Shown here piece after piece: positions 27,301 through 41,393 of a stretch of 64,000 nt of DNA. Numbering within the stretch: position 1 is the stretch's first letter; each line of letters starts with the position of its first letter. Origin of the DNA: Octopus vulgaris (lineage: Eukaryota); contig OX597814.1 of assembly GCA_951406725.2 (NCBI GenBank), positions 138,818,001 to 138,882,000 on the forward strand, read 5' to 3'. Position numbers and translations under genes: made by a program. The notes beneath the pieces are model-generated. The model did not search any database, was not told where the DNA came from, and saw only the letters and a program-made list of their open reading frames with translations.

Positions 27301-27344
27301 CTTTATGTATGTATATATGTATATATATTCAGACATACATACAT

Positions 27345-27403
<59 letters not shown>

Positions 27404-29008
27404 TATGTATATGCTTATATATGTGTATGAGGAATTATGATGATAAACACATGTTCATATCACTTGTTCTTTCTCTGCATTTTATCATTATGGTTATTTG
27501 CATCCTCTGCATTAAATAGTCCATTCGATGCGGTACCACGACGGATCATCATTATGTTACACAACTAAGGGTTTTGAACCTGTGCAACTAAAAGTCATTG
27601 TAGATGAAACGCCGCGGAAAACAGTAAATATTAGGAAGAGTTGATTCTACGTGCGACTAGAAGATATCTTTCAGAAGAAAATTATACACAGTGTATCAAG
27701 TTTATCACGGTTAGAGAGAAAACATAGGTTAGTGATAAAGGATGAAATACAGTGGAATGAGGATAAGAAGTGTTGATTGTGTGTTAGTTGGAGTTAGTTG
27801 GCATAACTAATGATGGGTTGATGCCAGTAGATGTTTATCTTGAGGATACAGGCTCGCATCGCATATTTATTGTTTTTCGTTTATTTTCACATGTTTGATA
27901 TGCTTTAGCGTAGTTTTGGTGTTAGAGGAGAAATAGGCAACTATGGCTCATGAGATGTCTGTTAACTACTAGCCTGAGCCCTGAAAGTAGAGCTGGTTAT
28001 GATGATATCTGGTCCCTTTACTATTTCAAGTAAACAAGAGAGCTTCTGCCTTTTCGCTTGATTTGCTCGAAAAGCAGCCACACTTCCATCAAATAATCTT
28101 CTACTGTTTTAGAAAAGTCCCTCTAGTAATATCCTATGGTCGTAGAAAAGGACGCATGGGTTCCCTACGCGTAAAGGACAAAGTAGTCATGACTAGAATG
28201 TCTTAGATCATAAGCTTAGTCGACCACGACTAACCTAGGGTTAAATATTAATAACATCAGGATTTAAATATTTTCTCAAATTATATATTGTATTTGAAGA
28301 GAAAAAAGACTATTAGCTTCCCCTGTTGTTAACATTTATCATACAATTCTCTGATAGAAACAGATCTGTGTCAGGTTCCTTTCATACAATTTTCAGTGCC
28401 TCTATATAAACATCCCTCAACATAGATTTTTAACCTGCACGTAATTTATGTCGCCCATTAAGTATATGAACCGGAAATTACTGTTACGACTTTGATATTA
28501 AGAATTTTAAAAAATATAGAAATAAATTGGACATTTATTGAGTGTCAAAAGATTATAAAGAATTACAAAAGAGAAAAAAAAGAGCAAATGGTGCTAAAAG
28601 ATAGAACTCAACTCACCTCGGTTATTAATCTTGCTGAATCTATTTTCATACAATAGAATTACAGTAAATACATACATTTGTACCCCGTTTTTCTTGAAAC
28701 ATAGAAGTCGGTGGGGTCAACAGTTCCACAGTTACTACCACAGTGTCTTTCTTTAATCTCGGAACAATCTCAATCGATAGATATTTTCTCCTGATACAGC
28801 GAATAGTTAATTGATATTAGGTGTTGCGTGTAACCTCACGTTTTACTTCTTAACCTATTGTTTGACGGCCACCGCTATTCTTAGTACATTTGAAATTAAC
28901 CATCTGTTGTCAGCATCCCAATGCACAAACATTAAGAATGATAATTTCATTATTATAGTTGTTGTTGTTGTTGTTATAATAATAATAATTATTAGTAGTA
29001 GTATTATT

Positions 29009-29512
29009 AAAGCAACGAGCTGACAATCGTTAGCACGCCGGGAAAAATACTATGCGGTAGTATTTTCGAGCCTCGTGCCAAGAGAAGAAAAGAATCGTTA
29101 GCAGGCCAGGCAAAATTCTTCGTCCGTCTTCATGTTCTAAGTTCAAATTCCGCCGAGGTCGACTTTGCCTTTCATCCTTTCGGGGTTGATTAAATAAGTA
29201 CCAGTTTATGCACTGGGATCGATGTAATCAATTTAATCCCTTCCTCCAAATTTGAGGCATTGAGCTTCCAATAGAAAGGATTGTTACTGTAATTATTATT
29301 TAGGCAGCGAGCTGACAGAATCGTTAGCACGCCGGGCAAAATGCTATGCGGAATTTCGTCCGTCTTCATGTTCTGAGTTCAAATTCCGCAGAGGTCGACT
29401 TTGCCTTTCATCCTTTCGGGGTCGATGAAATATGTACTATTACGCACTGGAGTCGATATAATCGTCTAATTCCCTCCCGCAAAATTTCAGGTCTTGTGCC
29501 TTTAGTAGAAAG
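29009..29512 (+). mobile_element. SINE family A tandem cluster
   Basis: Repeated GAATCGTTAGCAC...GTTCAAATTCCG...CCTTTCATCCTTTCGGGG units between (TTA)/(TTG) runs. Confidence 0.8.
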
Positions 29513-29520
29513 TGTTGTTG

Positions 29521-29572
<52 letters not shown>

Positions 29573-29573
<1 letters not shown>

Positions 29574-30017
29574 GTCATTTACATTTAATCTGCATGTTTA
29601 TGCAATCACTTGCCGGGGCGCACCCAGCGCCCTAGGGGCAACTGAAGGTTAAGAGTTGTTGAAATATAGCTGAAAGCTTGGGGAGGGGAAGTAGAGAAAT
29701 ATTTCCATGTAATACAACAAACATTTACATTGATAGGGTTTTTCTAAGGATGTGGGCAGTGCTTGTTAGCACAATCTTTTGGATTTCCTTGAGACATGGT
29801 TCTCCAGGGATATTGTCTAGGTGTTTCTGACATCCCTTTTTTTATCACACCTAGGGCACCTACAATAACAGGAACAGATTTTGTTTTAAGATTCCACATC
29901 TTTTGTATTTCGATTTCCAGGTCCTTATATTTACTAAGTTTGTCAAATTCCTTTACAGATATATTCTTATCAGTGGGGACGCTTACCTCTATTAACCTGC
30001 AGGTATTTTCTTCCCTT
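29573..30017 (-). mobile_element. R4/Dong-like LINE 3' end (restriction-like endonuclease plus 3' UTR)
   Basis: CRLIEVSVPTDKNISVKEFDKLSKYKDLEIEIQKMWNLKTKSVPVIVGALG. Flanked on both sides by (TAA)n in element orientation. Confidence 0.85.
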
Positions 30018-30027
30018 ATTATTATTA

Positions 30028-30063
<36 letters not shown>

Positions 30064-30140
30064 GGCGATCTCTTAAGATCGGTAACACGTTGGGAAAAAT
30101 GTTTAGCGGTATTTCGTCCACCTTTAAAATAAGTACCATT

Positions 30141-30249
30141 ATTTGTATTTGACGGATATTTGTCCTCATCTTGTTTGTTATTAATACATCGTTTCGGCTG
30201 ATATACCCTCCAGCCTTCATCGGATGTCTTGGGGAATTTTCGAACCTGG

Positions 30250-30250
<1 letters not shown>
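30141..30250 (-). mobile_element. Penelope-like pLTR fragment with degenerate hammerhead
   Basis: Minus strand CCGATGA-A-GGCTG-gagggtatat-CAGCC-GAAACGAT, next to (TAA)n. Confidence 0.65.
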
Positions 30251-30317
<67 letters not shown>

Positions 30318-30537
30318 CAACTGCATTACTTTAGGCTTTACGTCTGAGTTCAAATTCCGTCGAGGTCGAATTTGCGTTTCACTCTTTTGGGGTGGATAAA
30401 ATAATTACCAGTTGAACACTAAGGTCCATGTAGTCGAATTATCCCTTCCTTACAGCTTGTGCCAAAGTTTGAATTATTATTATTATTACTACTACTACTA
30501 CTACTACTACTATAGTTGTTGTTATTGTTGCTGTTGT

Positions 30538-30575
<38 letters not shown>

Positions 30576-30580
30576 TAATT
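30251..30580. repeat. (TTA)n/(TAC)n trinucleotide repeats
   Basis: Direct reading. Other (TAA/TTA)n tracts at 11345-11412, 12970-13044, 25883-25940, 29525-29573 and 33050-33160. Confidence 0.92.
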
Positions 30581-30594
30581 ATTTTATTCATTAG

Positions 30595-33040
30595 CATAAC
30601 ACATCGGACGTGTTTTCGAACGCTCCAAGTAAGTTCATCTCAAAAATATTTATTTACACCAGTTTTGGTGTCTGTCTTTTTGCAATAATTGTTTTATTCC
30701 AAGTTGTGAATGGAAGCACCAGGAACCTATTACTGGTTTTATATGGTTGGGTAACCCCCAGAGGGGCGATTTTCGGCCCACCAAATAAATTCGATGGGTG
30801 TCAAAATTTAATGGAATCAATACAACTCAACAAGATGGCGGAACGCGTCTTGAAAGAGTTGAGGAAGAACAAATCAGACTCTCCTACAAATATGGTAATA
30901 GATGAAGACTTTCCTCCCCTTCTCTCTGTCACAGGCAGCAATACAGGCGAAGGGGAAGAAAGAGAAAAACAAGACTGACATGGTACAAAGTACAAGGAAA
31001 AGTAACAATAGTAGCAGTAACACTAACAGCAGCAGCCGTGGAGGCGCAATGGCCCTATGGTTAGGGCAGCGGACTCGCGGTCGAAGGATCACGGTTTCGA
31101 TTCCCCGACCGAGCGTTGTGTGTGTTTATTGAGCGGCAGGGGGTGGTGGCGACCCCTGTTGTACTCTTTCGCTCCAACATTCTCTCACTCTTTCTTCCTG
31201 TTTCTTGTCCCCGACTTCCTACGCAACCGCTGAGCCTGGATGCGCATTCATCCATCCGTCGGTGCTTTCTCTTCTGCGGACCTTACGAATAGCAAAGGAC
31301 CACGTTTCAGACTTCTCCCACTGGGACGAAGACCGCTTCGCTCAACAACAACAGCAGCAGCCGCAACATTGACGGCAGCTGCAGCAGTAGTAGTAGTGAG
31401 AGCAGCAACAACCACGAAAAAATAAGCAACAGCCGTGGCAGTAGCAATAAGAACAACAACGAGAGCAAAAGTAACGACAGCAACATCAATAAGAACAACA
31501 ACAACAACGACAGCAGCAGCAACAGTGACAACAACAAAAGCAACGACGAAAACAATGCAAATAAAAATATCAAAATTAGTTTTGCAGCAGCAGCAGCAGC
31601 CAAGACTAAACACCGATATACTGTCGACCTTACAAATACGGAGCAGATGCTCCCAGAGGCATGGAAACTAATTAATCAAGAGAACAGTTGGACAAATCTC
31701 ACGATCCTATCAGAGGCAACTGAAACGGTGGAGAGAAGAACGGTGCTTTTTAGATGCATCTCAGCAGCCAAAAAAAAAATAAAGCGGCTTTGATAACCCA
31801 AGTAGATACTGAGGCGGTGCTGAGGTGCATAAGAAATGACATCGGATACATAGCGAGGGGCAAACAACGGCACTCTTTCGATGCTGTTTAAATCAGAAGA
31901 CCTCTCTGTGAAATATTCAATTACCCACTACAAAACAAGCAAACTCATCATGTACCCCCCCACACACACACACTTGGGGAAACGTACAGCCCGTGTCCGC
32001 ATTCCTAAAATCCACCCAGGACTAGATATTTGGTGGCTTCTGAGATGCGTAATCGTGGAGGGGGCGGACACTGTTTCTATAGACGCAACAAAAACTGCCA
32101 GGGAGGACTGGTCAGCTGTTGACCTGGAGATACTTCACCAGATCAGGCACGAAAACATAAAAAAAAAATCCCAGACCACATTCATCACCAGAACGGTGAT
32201 ACATATCATAACTGAGGGCAAAAGGCCTCATTGTTTCAGGTGTGGAGAAACGAATCACTTGGCTGCTCGCTGCCGCATACAGACTCCACTGCTGCCTACG
32301 CTGGGACGAGAACCACAAACATCACCAGCACTGGCCAAACCACCAGTAACATCACCAAGCCCTCCCACCTCTTCACACCAAACAAAAATACATACATAAA
32401 GATTATAAACATACACACAGACACAGACACACTTAGAGCAACAGACCCTTCACCTTCCAGTAGTGAAGATGAAGGAAAACCGAAAGGGCCAAAAAAAGCA
32501 CAAAAGGAAAACTCCATAAAGCATAGCAACACCCATAATAAAAAATACAAACACTAGAAAAAAAAAAATAGAGAAGAGAAGTGGTTAGTAGCTAAACTAG
32601 ATGAAGCTATTTGTAGTGGCATTACAACTGACGTGCTAGCAATGAGAATGGCATTAGACCAGTTCTTCAACGCGAAACATGAAGGTTGCATTGTGAGAGC
32701 GAAGGCGCGTGCTCTAAGAAATGAGGGGATCAAAGCTGTTCGATGGGCACACATGGCGGAGACGCAGCGTGGTAACAAAACCACAATTTGGTCTTTGATG
32801 GACCGAGACGGACACGTGCTGTGCGATTCCAGGCAGATGTGTGAGGCCTTTCGTCAGCACTTCGCTCGGTTGTTCGGACAGAGTGGTGAGGTGGAGATGG
32901 TGGCGGACTTCAACTCCTACATCTACGGCTTGCTGCGTCTCTCGACGGCCGACACTGAGCGTTGTGAAAGGCATATAACTCAGCCGAAAATCAGGATGCC
33001 CTTGTCGGTTGTATGAAGCACAAGTCACCAGGTTTAGATA
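30595..33040 (+). mobile_element. Decayed, internally deleted L1/Tx1-like LINE
   Basis: ORF1 remnants: EDFPPL and a CCHC knuckle CFRCGETNHLAARC in 31881-32399. ORF2 linker GCIVRAKARALRNEG...HFARLF...ITQPKI...KSPGLD at 32633-33040. Confidence 0.75.
31039..31330 (+). mobile_element. tRNA-derived SINE family B nested in an L1-like element
   Basis: TGGAGGCGCAATGGCCCTATGGTTAGGGCAGCGGACTCGCGGTCG...GGTTTCGATTCCCC tRNA-like head with A and B boxes. Confidence 0.8.
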
Positions 33041-33076
33041 ATCTACCCAATTATTATTATTATTATTATTTATTAT

Positions 33077-33129
<53 letters not shown>

Positions 33130-34144
33130 TCATCATTATTATAATTATCATTATTATTATTTCCTCGTGTCTCTCAAATCATTCTCTAGTTCCTGAAGGA
33201 AATATGGTGTGTGTGAACCCGTGATTGTTCTTAGTGAAAATATTGAAAATTTTGAAAATATTGAAAGTAGTTTTGGCACAATTCGTAGAAAACGTCTGAT
33301 AACTAGAACATTTGTGTTGTGACTCCCATTTAAGGCGCAATAAAGATCATGATATAAAAAGAAACGTATCACAGAAACTTATAGTTAAATCGACTTTAAA
33401 TCAATTTAAACTACAGCAGACAAAAATAGCTGCCAGGAAACTACTGGCGAAGTCTCGCGTGATCGAGTCGATAAGTTGCGGAAACGAAAGACAAAAGATG
33501 CCACCTGCACAACACTGTCTATTTCAAAGAAAATTTAAGTTCGAAGTCAATAAAAAAGAGTCAACATGATTGCTCGATATGCTAAAAATAAAAGTCCAAT
33601 TTCTTTCAATTTTTTTCTTTTCTTTTAGTGTTCCGATTTTAAGAGGTTTTACAACAAATAACAGCAAAATTCAAATTACACATAACCATCCATAAAAGCG
33701 GTGGGTTGCGCAGACATTTGATAAAGTGGTCCTAAGTAAACCTAAAGATGGAATTGTGACGTTTGCTGTGCCTTTAATGAGATGTTTACGCATTCAGAGC
33801 TGAACTTGTGTTAATCTATAACAGCAACATATTGGATAATGCTCTCCTGCATTTACTATGCTTGATGAATTGAATACTTTTCGCATTAACTCTATCTAGC
33901 TTGTGGATAAACAACAATGTTTCCATCTCAGTTGACATTACCATAAATTGAGCGATGCTGTTTAAGTGGAGAAGCTTAGGGTAGGGAGCATTATGAAATT
34001 AATGTTTCACTAGTAATCTATGATGTCTTCTCAACCCGTGGATACAGGTACACATTCATAAAAGTATGGATATGCAAGTATAAATAGACAGACAAACAAA
34101 CAGACACACAGACGGATGGATGGACGGACGGACGGATGAATATA

Positions 34145-35047
34145 GATATAGAGATTAAAATATGGGGATGCACGCATAAGTGACAACGAACCAGAAAATA
34201 TTGAAACGTGAAGAAATTGCAAGAATGTGGACTATGAGGGGAGTGTTTGTCGTTCTAGTAGTTGTAGTAACATTCGGAGTACTAACAACCAGGTTCGAGA
34301 AATCTGTCAGAGAAATTGACATGAGAGCAGAGAAAGCCCAAGAAACTGCACTGCTGGGGACAGCTAGGATATTGAGATTGGTACTTCAATGTTGAAAGTC
34401 TCCCACGATAGCTAACAACCAAGTACCAAAGCATATAATGTGTGGAAAGAGACCCTGTGAGACCTCTGACAGCAGGCTGCTGTCCGCTCTCACAGAACCT
34501 ACCAGAGCAAACAAGATCAAACGCTCTGAGAAGTTGCGACCCCCTTCGGTCAAGAATGACCATGGGATTGCACCAAGGCACAAATCTGGGCAAGGTTGTT
34601 TATGGAAGACCAGCAGTCGCCCACGCATACTAGCCTCTCCTCTCCACGCCACCGATGTTTTCCAAGGGAAAGGCAAAGGCCGATACAGTTAGGCACCAAT
34701 GACGTGGCAGCTCATTTATTAACGTGCAAGTGGCTGAGCACTCCACAGACATGTGTACCCTTAACGTAGTTCTCGGCCTAGTCACACAGAGAGTGACAAG
34801 GCTGGCCCTTTGAAATACAGGTTCAACAGAAACAGGAAGAACGAGTGAGAGAAAGTTGTGGGGAAAGAGTACAGCAGGGTTCACCACCACCACCTGCCGG
34901 AACCTCGTGGAGCTTTTAGGTGTTTTCGCTCAATAAACACTCACGATGCCCGATCTGGGAATCGAAACCGCATTCCTACGACCGCGAGTCCGCTGCCCTA
35001 ACCACTGGGCCATTGAGCCTCCACATTGCGCTCTGAGAAGTAAAACA
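34145..35047 (+). mobile_element. R4/Dong-like LINE 3' end with nested SINE
   Basis: GDARISDNE...EIARMWTMR...VVVVTFG...AQETALLGTARILRLVL*; the 3' UTR ends in (TAA)n at ~35048. Confidence 0.78.
34535..35028 (-). mobile_element. SINE family B, full length with 13-bp TSD
   Basis: tRNA-like head at ~35023. CGCTCTGAGAAGT is duplicated at 34522-34534 and 35029-35041. Inserted in the 3' UTR of an R4-like LINE. Confidence 0.88.
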
Positions 35048-35318
35048 ATAATAATAATGTATTTCTAATAGTTATATAAATGTAGAGAACATGTACTTGT
35101 TCTCCTACACTGTAACTCCTCACACAATAATTTTAAAATAATACGATTTTATTTGGAATAAGTTGCTATTTATAAGTTAGTAAAATTCATAAGGCTACAG
35201 GGGGAGGAATGAATATCGAGTAAGAAGGTATAATAAAATAAGGGGCTCAACTAGGATTGTAACCTCTTCTATTCACACTCACACATATATATGTATATAT
35301 GTACACACACACACATAC

Positions 35319-35354
<36 letters not shown>

Positions 35355-35382
35355 GTATCTATATATACATATATATATACAT

Positions 35383-35432
<50 letters not shown>

Positions 35433-36195
35433 ACGTGTATGTGTGTATGTGTTCACGTGATATACATGTATACATATATATGCGTGAATATGTGTGGAAG
35501 TTAACAATTATATATAATTAACAAATTTGTCATTTCCACTTCTTACAGAGGTTTCAATTAATACTCAATAGTTTATTCTGCTGAAATAAATTGATAGGTT
35601 CACATTTAGCATCCGAAGGTACATCTTTTTTCTTTTTTCTTTGATGAAATTATGCTCATGTCACAGAAATTTAAATTTAATGTACACATTTGTAATTAAA
35701 TTATTGAGTATTAATAGAAACGGCTGTAAGAAGCGAAGATGACCAATTTGTTAATAATAAATAATTGTTAACTTCCTTATCTCCATTTTCTTTTCTTCTT
35801 CTATCAGGATATAAACTATATGCTTAATAATTACCTAACGTTCTTAAGGGTATTTCATTCCCCCAAATACTTGGTATTGAACTAGTATGAGCAAGTAATT
35901 CGGTTGACCTGAAAGCTGAACCCTCATAGTTGAAAACGTTGTAGAACCAGCAACTTTTGCAACAGAAGTATGTTATTTGAGTAATAATAATGTTCCACTC
36001 ATTCTCCTAATTGCAAACAAAGCAATTGCAATATTTTTTGAATAGATAATGTGTGTGCATAGCAAAAATTGACGAATGAGATTAAAGGAGGAAGTGAATA
36101 TATAATATGTATTTAAATTGAGCTGAAAATCTCAATGAATTGAAAACTCGCACACATGCACACACATGCGCGAGCGCCTGTGTTCCTATGAGTAT

Positions 36196-36197
36196 GA

Positions 36198-36240
<43 letters not shown>

Positions 36241-36329
36241 CATACATACATATATATCTGTATATACAAACATATATATATACATACATATATATACGTA
36301 CATATATATATAAACATATATACATATAT

Positions 36330-36384
<55 letters not shown>

Positions 36385-36520
36385 CATATATATCCGTATG
36401 CATATTTATATACATGCATCTATATACATACACACGTGCATACATATATATACACACACACTTGTTTGCTTGTGTGTGCGTGTGTATGTGTGTGTATACG
36501 TGTATGTGTGTGTGTGTTTG

Positions 36521-36599
<79 letters not shown>

Positions 36600-37254
36600 T
36601 GGGTGGCATTTTTGATTTTGTATGATTTCTAAAGTGACTATAAACACTAAACACGTCATTGATTATTTTAAATCAAAATAATGAAATACGAAGAATTTTT
36701 TAAAAGTAGGAACGTAACTAGAAGATGAGTTGTACAGCTCTGAATTACACCATGACTTGAATGAATTTAACTGACACTAAACATAAACAGTGTTGTAAAA
36801 TTGAGATATAAAAAAGTGCATGAATTTGTGTATTATAATTGAAAATTGTGCATACTACTGTCCGTCCTACAATGTACATATATATATTTAGATATAGGCT
36901 TCTACAAAAACACATATCAAAATATATATACGTAAATACTTGGAGTGTGTGTGTGGACATATGTTTGTGTATATATAAACATGTAATACGTACAAATATA
37001 TATATATAAATAGATTGGTAGGTATATACACACAACCACTTATATGTGTTCAAACACACATATACATACACACACACACATATATAAATATATATATATA
37101 TACATGCATATATATGTCTATATATAGACATGTAATGCATACAAATATACATACAAAGAGATAGATATGCAGACACACATATACACATGTACATATGTAC
37201 ACATATATATATATATATATACACATACATGCACATATATGTATGTATAAATGC

Positions 37255-37289
<35 letters not shown>

Positions 37290-37360
37290 TGTGTGTTGTG
37301 TGTGTATACAGAAGTGTACCCATGTATTTGTATGTATATAATTGTGTGAGTGTGAATATG
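36196..37360. repeat. Compound (TA)/(CA)/(TG) microsatellite region
   Basis: Direct reading. (TA)n tracts also at 2182-2720, 3092-3160, 5285-5355, 23030-23110, 24770-25176, 40158-40245, 47030-47265 and 50895-51052. Confidence 0.92.
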
Positions 37361-37697
37361 TGGAGTGTGTGTGTTCTTTTAACACTGATTCTCAGCTCAA
37401 TTTAACTACAATTTGAATGTCTGACTTCCCTTTCTTTTTTTCGATCTCACTTGATGCGCTCGAATTTCGTAAAAACTTTTATTACCCACGAGCTTTATCT
37501 ATTGCGAAATTGCAATTGCGTCTGTTTGCAATTAGCAGAAAGGCAAGGCAGTATTATGACTCGGATAACGCAGCTTTCTTTATTGCTGTTATTAACGAAT
37601 AATATTGGTCGATCACTGAAGAAACACTTTCAATGATTTTAATGCAGTACTGCTGAGATAGAAGAGAAAACGCATTGATAAAGAAAATACAAGAGAG

Positions 37698-37734
<37 letters not shown>

Positions 37735-38090
37735 GAGTCTGAAAGAGACTAAAACGGAGGGTGAATGAGAAAGCGATTGAGAGAGAGAAATGCGTAGTTA
37801 AGGGTTGAATTACTGGAATGTCGAAATGTCTTGTTGGAGAGGAAGTTAACGAATGATACCAGATTAATGTTATCTGAGTGTTATGGTAGATTGGCGTATT
37901 CTGTGTTAGAGACTGAAGGAGTTGGGAGGAGGCTGGAAGAGGTTGAGTCGTGGCAAAATAATCACAAGACAGTATCGAGAGAATGACAGAGGTGGTGGTG
38001 GTGGTGGTGGTAGTAGTCGTGGTGAATATGAGAGAAATATTTCCGGTTTGAAAACAGATTAGTGAGAATAGATAAACTCTATTCACACTA

Positions 38091-38125
<35 letters not shown>

Positions 38126-38461
38126 TGTATGTATGTATGTATTCATTTACTTGTTTCAGTCATTTGACTGGGGCTATGCTGAAGCACCACCTTTTAGTCG
38201 AAGAAATCAACCCCTTATTTTATTCATTGTAAGCCCGGTACTTATATCGGGTTCTTCTACCGGACCGCTAGATTACGGGGGCTTAAACACATCAACATCG
38301 GTTATCAAGTAATGGAAGTGGGGACATAGTAAGACTCAAAGACACACCATAAATATATACATACATATACGACAGGTTTCTTTCAGTTTCCGTCAATCAA
38401 ATCCACTCATGGTGCTTTGGTCGGTCCGAGGCATATTGATATATATATATATATATATATA

Positions 38462-39309
38462 CTAGCTGAAGTACCCGGTAATTCCCGGGAAAGCGAGGCT
38501 TATCCCTTGGTTTCGTTCTCATAATTGTTTCACTAATCTAATAACAAAAATACAAAGTATGTAGCCATTAAAACGGTTTTTGTGCATTTACAGAGAATAC
38601 CGAAACGTCTTACACAGGATCTTGTTTTAGGAATTCCCAATAAGTTATGAATACCAAAATTGTGAAGTCAGTTATGTAATAACATCAAATTAGTTACCCG
38701 ATAGTAAGAAATAAAAAAAAGTAGCCCCCCAAAAGGGCTTTAATGCATTCCTAGAGTATATAAAACATAAGAGGAAATACTATTAAGGTATGTATACTAA
38801 AATTGTGAAGCATGTTACATAATAGCAGGCTAATCGTATATGAGATTATAACAATTCAAAATAAATAACTCTGAAAAGGACATTTGTGCTTTCCCAGAGA
38901 ATATTACCCTCAGGGGCGTTAGTATTGGTATATTCGTGAATAAGTCACTAACCGAAATAAGTGGATTTATTGTTTATGAAAATGCTATTTACTTGTTTAA
39001 GTGTTGTACTGGATAAATTGCGAAAATAACTCTAACAATTCAAAATACTAAGAAATAAGCATACTCAATTTGATTTTTACCAAATAATTTAGGAAAATGA
39101 ATGGGTTATTTCCCTTGGCTATATATAAGGATCGCTTCCTGGGCCATATTATCGATTATTTTTTCGACAATCTGAGTATGCCATGAGGTTTCCAGACATG
39201 AGTTCTACTCACGTGTCAAGGTTCATCAAAATCGCTAAAACGATGTAGGAGGAGTTAGCTAACAACACCACAAACACACCCACAGACAGAGTTTCCCATA
39301 ATGTAGTAG

Positions 39310-39310
<1 letters not shown>
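38462..39310 (-). mobile_element. Complete non-autonomous Helitron
   Basis: Minus strand begins TC at 39310 after A and ends CTAG at 38462 before T. Subterminal hairpin CCCGG-GAATTA-CCGGG at 38474-38489. No TSD. Length 849 bp. Confidence 0.85.
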
Positions 39311-39348
<38 letters not shown>

Positions 39349-39349
<1 letters not shown>

Positions 39350-39857
39350 GGCGTCGCTGTGTAGTAAGAAGCTTGCTTCCCAACCACATCGTGCTGGGGT
39401 CAGTCCCACTGCGTGGTAGCCTGGGCGCAAACAAAGCCTTGTCAGTAGATTTGGTTGACGGAAACTAAAAGGTCTCTCGCATATGTATGTGTGTGTCGAT
39501 ATTTGTCCCCCATCACCACTTGACGATCGGTGTTGGTGTGTGTACATCCTCTTAACATAGGAGTTCGGCAATAGAGACCGATAGAATGAAAACTAGGCTT
39601 AAAAAATAAGACCGGGGTCGATTTTTTTCGAATAAAACCTATGCTTCAGCATGTCCGCATTCTAACGACTGAAACAAAAAAGATATATAAAAAAATATGT
39701 AGGAGTGGCTGTGAGGTAAGTAGCTTGCTTACCAACCACATTGCTCCGGGTTCAGACGCAATGCGTGTCACCTTAGGCGAGAGTCTTCTAATATAGCCTC
39801 GGGTTGACCAAAGCCTTATGAGTAGATTTGGTAAACGAAAACTGAAGAAGCCCGTCG

Positions 39858-39860
<3 letters not shown>
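39349..39860 (+). mobile_element. tRNA-derived SINE family C (head - microsatellite - tail), two copies
   Basis: Head GGCTGTG(T)GGTAAGAAGCTTGCTTCCCAACCACAT...GGTTCAGTCCCACTGCG...GAAGCCCGTCG; tail ...ATAGAATAAGTACTAGGCTT...GACTGAAACAAG. Further copies at ~436-600(+), 38145-38430(-), 40260-40460(+), 40900-41330(-), 54605-54710(+), 54860-55010(-), 59170-59327(-), 62076-62765(+) and 62913-63415. Confidence 0.78.
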
Positions 39861-39908
<48 letters not shown>

Positions 39909-40154
39909 GATAAATAGCCTTCACGTAAACCATTGGTTCATTTTGTTCTCTTACTTTATTATCATCTTATAATCATCTCATAATAATGACCTTTATGACT
40001 CGTATTACTACCTCAGTCAATCTAAATGTATATATTTGTCTCTACCTGTCATAATTAGCCTTTTTCTATTTGCAATATGCATTTTCGTTGATTTTTCATA
40101 TTTTACCCTTACATTTCCACGTGTATTTTATATTTTCTTTTCGTAACATATTTC

Positions 40155-40238
<84 letters not shown>

Positions 40239-40850
40239 TATATATTTGTATATATGTTTATGTGTTTGTGTTTGTCTCCATACCCTGGCTTGACAGCAGA
40301 TTCTGTTGTGTTTACGTCCCCGTAACTTAGCGGTTCGGCCAAAGATATCGATAGAATAAGTACTAGGCTTACAAAATTACGTCCTGGGGTCAATTTGTTC
40401 GACTAAAGGTGGTACTCCAGCATGGCGCAAGCAAATAATTGAAACAAGTAAAGGAATAAAGAATGTGTGTATACATGGTATATTTATATTATAACATTTA
40501 TATGATGTAAGGCGCGTGGCTTAGTGATGAGGGTATTTGGGACACGTTAATATGGTCGTGAGTTCAATTCCCGGCGACGCGTTGTGTCCTTGAGCATGAC
40601 TTTGTTCCACTTTGCTCCAGTTCACTCAGCTAACAAAAATGAGTTGTACTAGTAATTCAAAGGGCCGGCCTTGTCACATTCTGTGTCACGCTGGATCTCC
40701 CTGAGAACTATGTTAAGGGTACGCGTGTCAGTGGAGTACTCAGCCACATGCACGTTAATTTCATGAGCAGGCTGTTCTATTGATTGGATCAACCGGAACC
40801 CTCGTCATCGTAACCGACGGTGTGCCAGTATACATATATATATATGTATT

Positions 40851-40881
<31 letters not shown>

Positions 40882-41091
40882 ACGCCCATATACCTTTTAT
40901 CTTTTACTTGTTTCAGTCATTAGACAGTGGTCATGCTGGAACATTGTTTAGAATACCCCTTAGTCAAATTAATTGATTCCAGTACTTTTCCTTTTAAGTC
41001 TAGGACTTATTCTATCAGGCCATTTTGCCGAGCCGCTAGGTTACGGGGACTTAGACGCACCATCACCGGTTGTCTAGCAGTGATTGGGGAT

Positions 41092-41169
<78 letters not shown>

Positions 41170-41358
41170 GTATATCCATATACGACAGACTTCTTTCAGT
41201 TTCCATGTCCCAAATCTACTCAGAAGGCCTTGGTCGGCCAAGGGCTATAGCAAAAGATTCTTGCCCAAGATGGCATGCTGTGGGACTGAACCCGAAACCA
41301 TGTAGTTGGGAAGCAAGTTCCTTATCATACGGTGCATGTGTGTGTGTGTGTGCGTGTG

Positions 41359-41393
<35 letters not shown>

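Noticed and set aside
28611-28790. Possible minus-strand exon (CAG acceptor ~28791, GTGAGT donor ~28616, Cys-rich frame)
   Set aside because: All three frames contain a stop over the full span, and I recognise no protein.
31881-32399. Zinc-knuckle ORF as a host gene
   Set aside because: It sits upstream of L1-type ORF2 linker remnants, so it is best explained as LINE ORF1.
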